Positions 9,571 through 17,401 of a DNA stretch of 59,658 nucleotides are shown here, one piece after another (position 1 is the stretch's first letter; each line of letters begins with the position of its first letter). The notes beneath the pieces were generated by a model. The model made no database searches, was not told the DNA's origin, and saw nothing but the letters and a program-made list of their open reading frames with translations. The translations under genes and the position numbers were made by a program. Origin of the DNA: an uncultured Rhodospirillaceae bacterium. Its GTDB lineage: Bacteria; Pseudomonadota; Alphaproteobacteria; Rhodospirillales; UBA2165. The stretch spans positions 1 to 59,658 of the forward strand of contig CAZUGT010000084.1 of the NCBI GenBank assembly GCA_964620095.1. The letters are read 5' to 3'.

Positions 9571-9640
9571 TATGAATGAATTTGATTGAAAAATCCATTA
9601 ATATCAAAGAGTTAAAAAACCACATAATTTATGTGAAAAT
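9571..9640. other. Extreme AT-rich island (14 G+C in 70 bp, 20%) in the folB-uvrC intergenic region
   Basis: Hand count of seven consecutive 10-mers, each with 2 G+C. Surrounding DNA is above 60% GC. Confidence 0.9.
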
Positions 9641-9795
9641 TGTGCCGTCGACAAAAAAGCCGAATCGCGGCGGGAGGCCGCACTGTTTTCAACAAGCTTA
9701 TTCACAGCGTTGGCGGATATAATTCGACCGGCGCAAATCCCGGGCGGATGGACTGGTCCGCGACGGCGCATTTGCGGCAGAATATACCGATGGAG

Positions 9796-9811
9796 TGTTT
9801 CACGTGAAACA
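9796..9811. other. parS centromere-like site, perfect 16-bp palindrome TGTTTCACGTGAAACA
   Basis: Exact match to the ParB/Spo0J parS consensus tGTTtCAcGTGAAAca. It generates the tell-tale MFHVKQ peptide at the head of ORF 9795..11789. Confidence 0.8.
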
Positions 9812-9854
9812 ACATGATTCGCTCCAGGGTAACGCCGAGGGTGTACTGGAAAGC

Positions 9855-11789
9855 ATGTCCAAGGACGGCAGTGAGATCGCCGGGCCGCGCCGGATAGACT
9901 ACCGGCTCAAGACCGAGCCGAAAGCGGGCGCGTCCAGGGGCGCCGAAATCATCAAGTCCTGTCTGCCCGAGGCGCCGGCCACGCCCGGTGTCTACCGGAT
10001 GATCAACGAGGCCGGCGACGTCCTCTATGTCGGCAAGGCGAAGAACATCCGCAAGCGGGTGACCAGCTACGCCAACCCAAATCGCCAGTCTCCGCGCATC
10101 CGGCGCATGGTCGCCCAGACCCGATCCATGGAGTTCGTCTCCACGCACACCGAGGCCGAGGCGCTGCTGCTTGAAGCCGACCTGATCAAGAAGCTGACGC
10201 CGCGCTACAACATCCTGCTGCGCGACGACAAGTCCTTCCCGTCGATTCTCATCACCGCCGACCACCCCTTCCCGCAGGTGCTGAAGCATCGCGGGGCGCG
10301 CAAGCGGGAGGGCGAATATTTCGGGCCCTTCGCGTCGGCCGGCGCGGTCAATCAGTCCCTGCACGTCATGCAGCGGGCCTTTTTGCTCCGTACCTGCACG
10401 GATTCGGTTTTCGCGGCGCGCACCCGGCCCTGCCTGCTGCATCAGATCAAACGCTGCGCGGCGCCTTGCGTCGACCGGATCAGCGAGAGCGAGTACGGCG
10501 ACCTGGTGGCCCAGGCGCGCGATTTTCTCACCGGCAAGTCGGCGGAAATTCAGCGCGATCTGTCCCGCCGGATGCAGGCGGCGAGCGACGCCCAGGCCTA
10601 CGAGAAGGCCGCGGAAATCCGGGACCGGATCAAGGCCATGACAAGCGTGCAGGCACGCCAGGATATCAGCGCCCAGGGCCTGGAGGACGCCGACGTCATC
10701 GCCCTCCATCAGGCCGGCGGACAGAGCTGCATCCAGGTGTTTTTCGTCCGGGGCGGCTACAATTTCGGCAACCGCGCCTACTATCCGTCCCATGGCAGCG
10801 AGGCGACCAGGGACCAGATTCTCGAAGCCTTCGTCGGGCAGTTCTACACCAACAAGGAGCCGCCCCGGCTGCTCCTGCTCAGCGGCCAGGTGACCGAGCC
10901 GGCCCTCTTGGCGGCCGCACTGACCGAGAAAGCCGGCCGCAAGGTGCGGCTGCAGGTGCCCAAGCGCGGCGACAAGCTGGGCTTGATCGCCTTCGCCCTC
11001 GAAAACGCCGAACGGGCGCTCGGCCGGCGTCTCGGCGAAAGCGCGACCCAGCGGGAGCTGCTCGACGGCGTGGCCGAGTTGTTCGAGCTGGACAACCGCC
11101 CCGAACGCATCGAGGTGTACGACAACAGCCATATCTCCGGCGCCAAACCGGTCGGCGGGATGGTCGTCAGCGGTCCCGACGGGCTCATGAAGAACGCCTA
11201 TCGAAAGTTCAACATCCGCTCTGTGGGGCCCGACGGCGGGGCGGCCGAGGCCGGCGACGACTACGCCATGATGCGGGAGATGCTGACCCGGCGTTTTGCC
11301 CGGGCGTTGAGGGAGGATCCGGATCGGGCCGAGGGGCAATGGCCGGATCTGGTGCTGATCGACGGCGGCGCCGGACACCTGAGCGCCGCCAGGGAGGTGT
11401 TCGATGAACTCGGCGTCAACGATGTCGCGCTGGCCGCGATCGCCAAGGGCCCGGACCGCAATGCCGGGCGCGAGCGGATTTTCATCCCCGGGCGCCCGCC
11501 CTTTCGCTTGGACAACCGCGACCCGGTCCTCTATTTTCTCCAGCGTCTCCGGGACGAAGCGCACCGGTTTGCCATCGGCGGCCACCGGGCGCGGCGTTCC
11601 CGGGACATGGAACGATCGCCCTTGGACGAAATCGAGGGTATCGGCGGCGTCCGGAAGAAGGCCCTGCTGCATCATTTCGGGTCCGCGAAAGCGGTTTCCC
11701 AGGCGGGGCTGGCCGACCTGGAGGCGGTCGAGGGAATAAGCAAAGCGATGGCGGCCAGAATTTACGGCTGGTTCCACGCCGAGGACTGA
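9855..11789 (+). CDS. uvrC: Excinuclease ABC subunit C
   Basis: ORF 9795..11789. GIY-YIG motif (PGVYRMINEAGDVLYVGKAKNIRKRVTSY), UvrBC domain and C-terminal HhH. Start set at MSKDG (9855) because the GTG at 9795 lies inside the parS palindrome. The alternative start is 9795. Confidence 0.9.
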   Translation: MSKDGSEIAGPRRIDYRLKTEPKAGASRGAEIIKSCLPEAPATPGVYRMINEAGDVLYVGKAKNIRKRVTSYANPNRQSPRIRRMVAQTRSMEFVSTHTEAEALLLEADLIKKLTPRYNILLRDDKSFPSILITADHPFPQVLKHRGARKREGEYFGPFASAGAVNQSLHVMQRAFLLRTCTDSVFAARTRPCLLHQIKRCAAPCVDRISESEYGDLVAQARDFLTGKSAEIQRDLSRRMQAASDAQAYEKAAEIRDRIKAMTSVQARQDISAQGLEDADVIALHQAGGQSCIQVFFVRGGYNFGNRAYYPSHGSEATRDQILEAFVGQFYTNKEPPRLLLLSGQVTEPALLAAALTEKAGRKVRLQVPKRGDKLGLIAFALENAERALGRRLGESATQRELLDGVAELFELDNRPERIEVYDNSHISGAKPVGGMVVSGPDGLMKNAYRKFNIRSVGPDGGAAEAGDDYAMMREMLTRRFARALREDPDRAEGQWPDLVLIDGGAGHLSAAREVFDELGVNDVALAAIAKGPDRNAGRERIFIPGRPPFRLDNRDPVLYFLQRLRDEAHRFAIGGHRARRSRDMERSPLDEIEGIGGVRKKALLHHFGSAKAVSQAGLADLEAVEGISKAMAARIYGWFHAED

Positions 11790-11826
11790 CGAGACCGGGC
11801 ATCCCGGCAAGGCGGAAGCGGGTCCG

Positions 11827-12423
11827 ATGCTGACACAGTTGCCGAACATGCTGACCATGTCGCGGATCGCCGCGATCCCGATCCTGGTGGCGAGTTTCTA
11901 TCTCGACTCGCCCTTCGGCAATTGGCTCGGGCTGGCGATTCTGGCGCTCGCCGGCCTCACCGATTTCTTCGACGGATACGCCGCCCGCGCGCTCAGGCAG
12001 CAATCCCTGTTCGGAAAATTCCTCGATCCCGTCGCCGACAAGCTGCTGGTCTCGGCGCTATTGCTGATGCTGGTCTGGTCCGAACGGGTCGATGGACTGG
12101 CGGTGCTGCCGGCGGTGGTCATCCTGTGCCGGGAAATTCTGGTGTCGGGACTGCGGGAGTTTCTGGCCGGTGTCCGGGTCGGCGTGCCGGTGAGCAAACT
12201 GGCCCGCTGGAAGACGGCCTTGCAGATGGTGGCCCTCGGCTTCCTGATCGTCGGTCCCGCGGGCCCCGATTTCGGCCCGTTCTCGACCACGCAGGTCGGT
12301 GAGATCGGCCTGTGGCTCGCGGCGCTGCTGACCTTGGTGACCGGCTACGACTACCTGCGGGCGGGGTTTCGCCACATCGAGGCGGCGGACAACGAACAGG
12401 CCGCGGCCAAGGATGCGGGCTGA
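11827..12423 (+). CDS. pgsA: CDP-diacylglycerol--glycerol-3-phosphate 3-phosphatidyltransferase
   Basis: 198 aa. Contains the CDP-alcohol phosphatidyltransferase motif DFFDGYAARALRQQSLFGKFLDPVADK. The uvrC-pgsA order is conserved. Confidence 0.9.
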   Translation: MLTQLPNMLTMSRIAAIPILVASFYLDSPFGNWLGLAILALAGLTDFFDGYAARALRQQSLFGKFLDPVADKLLVSALLLMLVWSERVDGLAVLPAVVILCREILVSGLREFLAGVRVGVPVSKLARWKTALQMVALGFLIVGPAGPDFGPFSTTQVGEIGLWLAALLTLVTGYDYLRAGFRHIEAADNEQAAAKDAG

Positions 12424-12434
12424 GAGACCGGTTC

Positions 12435-12938
12435 ATGCGGATTTTCGGCATTATCGGTTGGAGCGGCAGCGGCAAGACGACCCTGGTGGAGAAACTGCTG
12501 CCCGAACTGATCCGCCAGGGAAACAGCGTTTCGACCCTGAAGCACGCGCACACCCGGTTCGATATCGACCGTCCGGGCAAGGACACCTTCCGTCACCGCG
12601 AGGCGGGGGCGACCGAGGTGATGATCGGCACGTCGAGCCGCTGGGCGCTGATGCACGAGCTTCGCGGCGAGGAGGAACCGACCCTCGATGAGCTGGTGGC
12701 GCTGATGACCCCCGTCGATCTGCTGATCGTCGAGGGGTTCAAGTACAATCCCCACCCCAAGATCGAGGTCCACCGGCCGAGCGTGGGAAAGCCGATGATC
12801 CAGGGCGAAGACCCCTACATCGTCGCGATCGCCAGCGACGAACGCCTGGAGGACGCCACGGTGCCGGTGCTGGACATCAACGATGCCGGGGCGGTGGCCG
12901 GATTCATCATCGAGCATTGCCGCCTGAAGGCCGCCTGA
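12435..12938 (+). CDS. mobB: Molybdopterin-guanine dinucleotide biosynthesis adaptor protein MobB
   Basis: Start MRIFGIIGWSGSGKTTLVEKLL (P-loop) within ORF 12312..12938, followed by LIVEGFK. Confidence 0.9.
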   Translation: MRIFGIIGWSGSGKTTLVEKLLPELIRQGNSVSTLKHAHTRFDIDRPGKDTFRHREAGATEVMIGTSSRWALMHELRGEEEPTLDELVALMTPVDLLIVEGFKYNPHPKIEVHRPSVGKPMIQGEDPYIVAIASDERLEDATVPVLDINDAGAVAGFIIEHCRLKAA

Positions 12939-12956
12939 GGATGGCATGAGGACGGC

Positions 12957-14228
12957 ATGAAGTCGCCCACCTTCAACGACTGTTTTGCGACATCGGGCGC
13001 CCGGATGACCGTCGCCGAGGCGCTTGCCCGTTTCTCCGGGAAGCTGGCGCCGACGGTGGGGACGGAGGAGGTGGCGACCCGGGCCGCGGCCCGCCGGCTG
13101 CTCGCCCGGGACATCGTTTCGGCGCGCCGGATCCCGCCCCGCGACAATGCCGCCGTCGACGGATTTGCGGTATTTTTCGATGACCTCGACCCGGACGCTC
13201 CGACGACGCTCCGCATCGGCGGCACCGTCGCCGCCGGCCATCCGTTGGGCCGGTCCGCCGAACGGGGCAACGCCTACAAGATTTTCACCGGCGCGCAGGT
13301 GCCGGACGGTGCCGATACAATCTTCATGGTCGAGGATTGTGAAATCTCCGGCGAGGCGGTGACGCTTCCCCATGGGATCAAACGCGGGGCCAATCTGCGC
13401 CTCGCCGGCGAAGACGTGCAGCCGGGCGATACGGTGATGCGCCGGGGCGCGCTGCTGCGGCCCCAGGAAATCGGTATGGCGGCGTCCCTGGGGCTGGAAC
13501 GGCTGCCGGTCTACCGCCGTCTCAGGGCGGCGGTGTTCTCGACCGGGGATGAAGTGCGGGACCCCGGCGAGACGCTGGACGACGGCAGCATCTACGACAT
13601 CAACCGGTACACCCTGTTGAGCCTGCTGGATGGATTGGGCTGCGCGCCGACCGACCTTGGAATCTTCAAGGATGAAGCGAACGTGATCCGCCGGGGTCTC
13701 GCCGATGCCGCCGCGGATCATGATGTGGTGATTACGTCCGGCGGGGTGTCCATGGGCGAGGAAGACCATATCCGCGGCGCGGTCGAGGATCTGGGCAGCC
13801 TGTTCTTCTGGAATCTCGCCATCAAGCCCGGCCGGCCCATCGCGCTCGGCTGCATCCCGGGCGGCGGCGGCGAGGTGCCGTTCATAGGGCTTCCGGGCAA
13901 TCCGGTGGCGAGCATGGTTACGTTCATGCAGATCGCGCGCCCGATCCTGTTGCGCCTCGCCGGGGCCGAAAATCTCGCGGCGGCATCCTACCGGGTGCCC
14001 TCCGCCTTCGACTTCAAGAAGAAATCCGGGCGCCGGGAATGGCTCAGGGCCCGGCTGGAGGCGCAGACCGACGGCACGCTGGCGGCGGTCAAATTTCCGG
14101 AGGAAGGGTCGGGAATTTTGACATCCATGGTCCAATCTGATGGGCTGGTGGTGCTCGACGAGTCCTGCGAGGCGGTGAAGGCCGGCGAGCTTGTCGAATT
14201 CGTTCCGTTCAACGAGGTGCTGCGGTGA
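12957..14228 (+). CDS. moeA: Molybdopterin molybdenumtransferase MoeA
   Basis: 423 aa. Contains RDNAAVDGFAV, the ITSGGVSMGEEDH motif and LPGNPVAS. Confidence 0.9.
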   Translation: MKSPTFNDCFATSGARMTVAEALARFSGKLAPTVGTEEVATRAAARRLLARDIVSARRIPPRDNAAVDGFAVFFDDLDPDAPTTLRIGGTVAAGHPLGRSAERGNAYKIFTGAQVPDGADTIFMVEDCEISGEAVTLPHGIKRGANLRLAGEDVQPGDTVMRRGALLRPQEIGMAASLGLERLPVYRRLRAAVFSTGDEVRDPGETLDDGSIYDINRYTLLSLLDGLGCAPTDLGIFKDEANVIRRGLADAAADHDVVITSGGVSMGEEDHIRGAVEDLGSLFFWNLAIKPGRPIALGCIPGGGGEVPFIGLPGNPVASMVTFMQIARPILLRLAGAENLAAASYRVPSAFDFKKKSGRREWLRARLEAQTDGTLAAVKFPEEGSGILTSMVQSDGLVVLDESCEAVKAGELVEFVPFNEVLR

Positions 14229-14476
14229 AATTGGTGTATTTCGCCTGGATGAAGGAAAAGGCGGGCATCGGCGAGGAGACCGTCAACCCGCCGGCCACCG
14301 TGACCGATCTCGGCCAACTCGTCGAATGGCTGAAGGAGAGGGGCGAGCCCTACACCAGCATGTTCCAGAACATGGCCGCGATCCGCGCGGCAATCAATTA
14401 CGAGTACGTGAAAATCGACGCGGCGGTCGGCCCGGACGACGAGGTCGCCTTCTTTCCGCCGGTAACCGGGGGCTGA
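14225..14476 (+). CDS. moaD: Molybdopterin synthase sulfur-carrier subunit MoaD
   Basis: 83 aa ending in the ...FFPPVTGG C-terminal Gly-Gly. The GTG start overlaps the moeA stop. Confidence 0.85.
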   Translation: MKLVYFAWMKEKAGIGEETVNPPATVTDLGQLVEWLKERGEPYTSMFQNMAAIRAAINYEYVKIDAAVGPDDEVAFFPPVTGG

Positions 14477-14480
14477 CGGC

Positions 14481-14945
14481 ATGATCCGGGTGCAGGCCGA
14501 GGACTTCGATCCGGGAGCCGAGCTCGAAGCGCTCACCAGGGGCAATGCCGGGATCGGGGGCGTGTGCTCGTTCATCGGGCTGGTGCGGGACATCGCCGAC
14601 GGCGAGCGGATCGGGGCCATGACCCTTGAGCACTATCCCGAGATGACCCGCCGCCGGCTGGAAGAGATCGAAGCGGAGGCCATGCGCCGCTGGCCCCTCG
14701 AAGGCTGCACGATAATTCACCGTCACGGCCGGTTGGCGCCGGGCGACCGGATCGTCTTCGTGGCGACCGCTTCGGCCCATCGTCAGGCGGCCTTCGAGAG
14801 CGCCGCGTTTCTCATGGATTGGCTGAAGACGAAAGCGCCGTTCTGGAAGCTCGAGGAAACCGGCGACGGCGAGCGCTGGGTCGCCGCCCGCCGATCCGAC
14901 GATGACGCGGCGGCGCGATGGGCCGACAAGCCCGCCTCCGAGTGA
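14481..14945 (+). CDS. moaE: Molybdopterin synthase catalytic subunit MoaE
   Basis: 154 aa. Contains FIGLVRD...TLEHYPEM...IIHRHGRLAPGDRIVFVATASAHRQAAFESAAFLMDWLKTKAPFWK. Confidence 0.9.
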   Translation: MIRVQAEDFDPGAELEALTRGNAGIGGVCSFIGLVRDIADGERIGAMTLEHYPEMTRRRLEEIEAEAMRRWPLEGCTIIHRHGRLAPGDRIVFVATASAHRQAAFESAAFLMDWLKTKAPFWKLEETGDGERWVAARRSDDDAAARWADKPASE

Positions 14946-14973
14946 CCAACCTCCATCTGCAAGGGAGGCCGAC

Positions 14974-15789
14974 ATGGCCAAAGCCCGCAAAAGCCCGGTG
15001 AAGGCCTACCGGAACGATCGGTTTCTCGATAGCCCCGATGCCCGTTCGCTGCGTATCCAGGCCGAGTACCTGGAGCCGGAGGCCCGCTTCGACCACTACG
15101 ACGTGAAGGACACGATCGTATTCTTCGGCTCGGCTCGAACCCTGCCCAGGCGGCAGGCGCGCGCCCAACTCCGGGCGGCCCGAGCCGGGGGCGGCGACGT
15201 GGCCGCCGCCGAACGGGATTTGAAGATGTCCCGCTACTACGAAGACGCCCGGGAGCTCTCCCGCCGGCTGACCACGTGGTCGAAGGAGCTGGATGCCGAC
15301 GGCCGGCGGTTCGTGGTCTGCACGGGCGGTGGCCCCGGGATCATGGAAGCGGCGAACCGGGGCGCGTCCGAGGCCAAGGGCCTGAATATCGGGCTCAATA
15401 TTTCGCTGCCCTTCGAGCAGCACGAGAACCCCTACATCACCAATCATCTGGGGTTCGAGTTTCACTACTTCTTCATGCGCAAGTTCTGGTTCATCTACCT
15501 CGCCAAGGCGCTGATCGTCTTCCCGGGCGGGTTCGGGACGCTCGACGAACTGTTCGAGGTGCTGACCCTCAATCAAACCGGCAAGCTCACCAAACCGGTC
15601 TCGGTGGTCCTTTACGGCAACGACTATTGGGACAAGGTCATCGACCTGGAGGCGCTGGCCGAGTTCGGCACCATCAGCCCGTCCGATCTGAAGGCGGTTC
15701 GGCGCGCCGACACGGTCGACGACGCGTTCGCCTATATCACCAGGGATTTGAGCCGCCGGGCGCTGAAATCACCGGGCGGGGTTCTCTAG
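14974..15789 (+). CDS. LOG-family (TIGR00730-type) nucleotide 5'-monophosphate nucleosidase-like protein
   Basis: Start MAKARKSPVKAY within ORF 14902..15789. Contains the GGGPGIMEAANRGA and PGGFGTLDELFE LOG motifs. Confidence 0.8.
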   Translation: MAKARKSPVKAYRNDRFLDSPDARSLRIQAEYLEPEARFDHYDVKDTIVFFGSARTLPRRQARAQLRAARAGGGDVAAAERDLKMSRYYEDARELSRRLTTWSKELDADGRRFVVCTGGGPGIMEAANRGASEAKGLNIGLNISLPFEQHENPYITNHLGFEFHYFFMRKFWFIYLAKALIVFPGGFGTLDELFEVLTLNQTGKLTKPVSVVLYGNDYWDKVIDLEALAEFGTISPSDLKAVRRADTVDDAFAYITRDLSRRALKSPGGVL

Positions 15790-15792
15790 GCG

Positions 15793-16674
15793 CTAAAAGT
15801 CGCCGCCGCCGCCGAAACCGCCGCCGCCGCCGAAAAACCCGGCGATCGGCCGCATCAGCCAGACCTCGGTATTCACCGGCAGTTTGTCGCGGCGCACCTC
15901 GACGGAGGTGGCGTCGAGAAGCCTGACGGCGTAGCGGTCCTTGACCCGCTCGGTGAACTCCATGGCCAGACCCATGCTGAAGAAGTGCATGGGGATGATC
16001 ACCCGCGGCTTGAGTTCGCCCAAATTGTGGAGAATTTCCTCGATGCTCTGCGTCACCCGCCGGTCGACCGGCATCAGCACCACGTCGATGCGGCCCATGG
16101 CCTGAAGCTGCTCGGCGTTCAGCGCATGCCGCATATGGCCCATGTGGGCGATGCAGAGGCCCCCCATCTGGAAGACGAAGATGGAGCTGTCATTGGTCAC
16201 GCGGCCGCCCTCATGGGAGATATTGGTCGGGATGTTGTAGACCCGCACGTCCTGCAGCCGGATGTCGTGGCGCGGCAGGCCGGTACCCGTGTCCCAGCCC
16301 CGCAGCACGTGCTTCACGCCCGGGTCGACGTTGTAGGAGGAGTGGTTGCCGCGATCGATATTCATGGTCGCGATATGGGGCGGGGTACGGGGCGGGTAAT
16401 TGTCGTTGTAGTCGGTAACGGCCCGGACGCCTTGGGGCGAGCGGAGGTCGAACGATGCGTGTCCGATGAAGGTCAGCCGCACCTGATCGGCCGTTACATC
16501 GGCGAGCCTAAAGCCGGCCCGGTGAAGCAGGGGATGGGTATTTTGAACAAAGCCGACGCCGCAAGGGAACTTGGGCTGCGGCTTTTGAACGAGTTGCTGG
16601 GCGTTTGCCGAACCTCCCGCCAGAACGGCGGCTCCGGCGATCGCGGCGAATATGAACGAGCCGGCGCGTATCAT
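15793..16674 (-). CDS. Secreted MBL-fold (Lactamase_B_3-like) hydrolase-family protein with Gly-rich C-terminal tail
   Basis: Start MIRAGSFIFAAIAGAAVLAGGSANAQQ (signal peptide, AAGGGG RBS) within ORF 15793..16737. Has the LTFIGHASFDL beta-lactamase-fold start. The C-terminus is FFGGGGGFGGGGDF. Confidence 0.6.
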   Translation of the reverse strand: MIRAGSFIFAAIAGAAVLAGGSANAQQLVQKPQPKFPCGVGFVQNTHPLLHRAGFRLADVTADQVRLTFIGHASFDLRSPQGVRAVTDYNDNYPPRTPPHIATMNIDRGNHSSYNVDPGVKHVLRGWDTGTGLPRHDIRLQDVRVYNIPTNISHEGGRVTNDSSIFVFQMGGLCIAHMGHMRHALNAEQLQAMGRIDVVLMPVDRRVTQSIEEILHNLGELKPRVIIPMHFFSMGLAMEFTERVKDRYAVRLLDATSVEVRRDKLPVNTEVWLMRPIAGFFGGGGGFGGGGDF

Positions 16675-16733
16675 GATATTCCCCTTTTCAGCCCCTTTTC
16701 GGCACATGGTCTGATATTCAGGTTGAACGGCCA

Positions 16734-17072
16734 TCAAATCACGATTCCGTCGATGGTGACACGGGAATCGGGATCGTCGATATCGATGATCCAGACGTCG
16801 GGATCGAAATCGGCCTGTTTTTCAAGGATTTCAGGGAGGTCCTCATTCCCGGCAAGGCGGCGTTCCGACCATTCGAGGGCGCCGTCGGGATTGCGCACCT
16901 CGCTGAGGATGCTCGGGCTTCCGTCCCGCCGGTCGATGACGATCAACAGCGCGCCCGCGTCGTCGTCGCCGCTGCGCCGGACCACGGCGCTGATGTTCCG
17001 CCGGTCGAAATGGCGGATCAGCGCCTGGACCCTGACCCGCGACTTGAGGCGATCGGTTTCCCAGCCGCTCAA
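16734..17072 (-). CDS. DUF1491-family protein (alphaproteobacterial, function unknown)
   Basis: 112 aa with a TTG start. RLKSRVRVQALIRHFDRRNISAVVRRSGDDDAGALLIVID resembles DUF1491 as I recall it. Family assignment is from memory only. Confidence 0.55.
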   Translation of the reverse strand: MSGWETDRLKSRVRVQALIRHFDRRNISAVVRRSGDDDAGALLIVIDRRDGSPSILSEVRNPDGALEWSERRLAGNEDLPEILEKQADFDPDVWIIDIDDPDSRVTIDGIVI

Positions 17073-17075
17073 GAC

Positions 17076-17401
17076 CTAGCCCGCATTTCCCGCCGGGGTC
17101 ATGGTCTGCGCGGCGTTGTCGGGTCGACAGAGCAGGAGAGGCGCGCCGCGTGTCGCGCGTCCACACGCGCGCGGGCGCGTGATGCGGTGAAATCGGGCAC
17201 GCGCCTCGACGCACGCTGTCGGCCCGAGAGCGCCGCCCTTCGGGTCGTGCCCCGGCGCCCGCCCGCGTCGCGCGTTCACGCGCGCAGGGCGCACGATGCG
17301 GCCCTCGACCGTAGGCGCCGCTACGCTTTTCGGGCCGCTCCTGGCGGTTCGACCGCCTGGGCGCGACGCAGGCCGCAACCCTGGCGGGAAATGCGGGCTA
17401 G
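17076..17401. mobile_element. MITE-like non-autonomous element: 326 bp, ~24-bp terminal inverted repeats, CTAG at both ends, two internal ~40-bp direct repeats, no ORF
   Basis: Left end is CTAGCCCGCATTTCCCGCCGGGGT. The reverse complement of the right end is CTAGCCCGCATTTCCCGCCAGGGT (23/24 identical). Internal repeats lie at ~17146-17187 and ~17263-17301. Confidence 0.6.

Noticed and set aside
9434-9811. Possible chromosomal replication origin (AT-rich island + DnaA-box-like TTATTCACA at 9698-9706 + parS)
   Set aside because: There is only one 8/9 DnaA-box match and no box cluster. The two TTAA motifs (9598-9615) are spaced N10, not the N7 of CtrA sites. None of the usual origin-flanking genes (dnaA, hemE, parAB, gidAB) are in the window. 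It is better described as an origin-proximal parS plus an AT-rich promoter or spacer.
9702-11858. 718-aa ORF antisense to uvrC, and similar long ORFs (7179..9035, 12351..14135, 31218..33707, 47509..49830, 51080..52672, 2218..3807, 56299..57828)
   Set aside because: They are Arg/Pro/Gly/Ala-rich low-complexity translations lying exactly opposite well-supported genes. These are typical shadow ORFs of high-GC DNA, with no recognisable domains.
17345-17359. tRNA-like T-arm (GGCGG-TTCGA-CCGCC) inside the MITE-like element
   Set aside because: The loop is 5 nt rather than 7. There is no acceptor, D or anticodon arm context, so it is not a tRNA or tRNA fragment.
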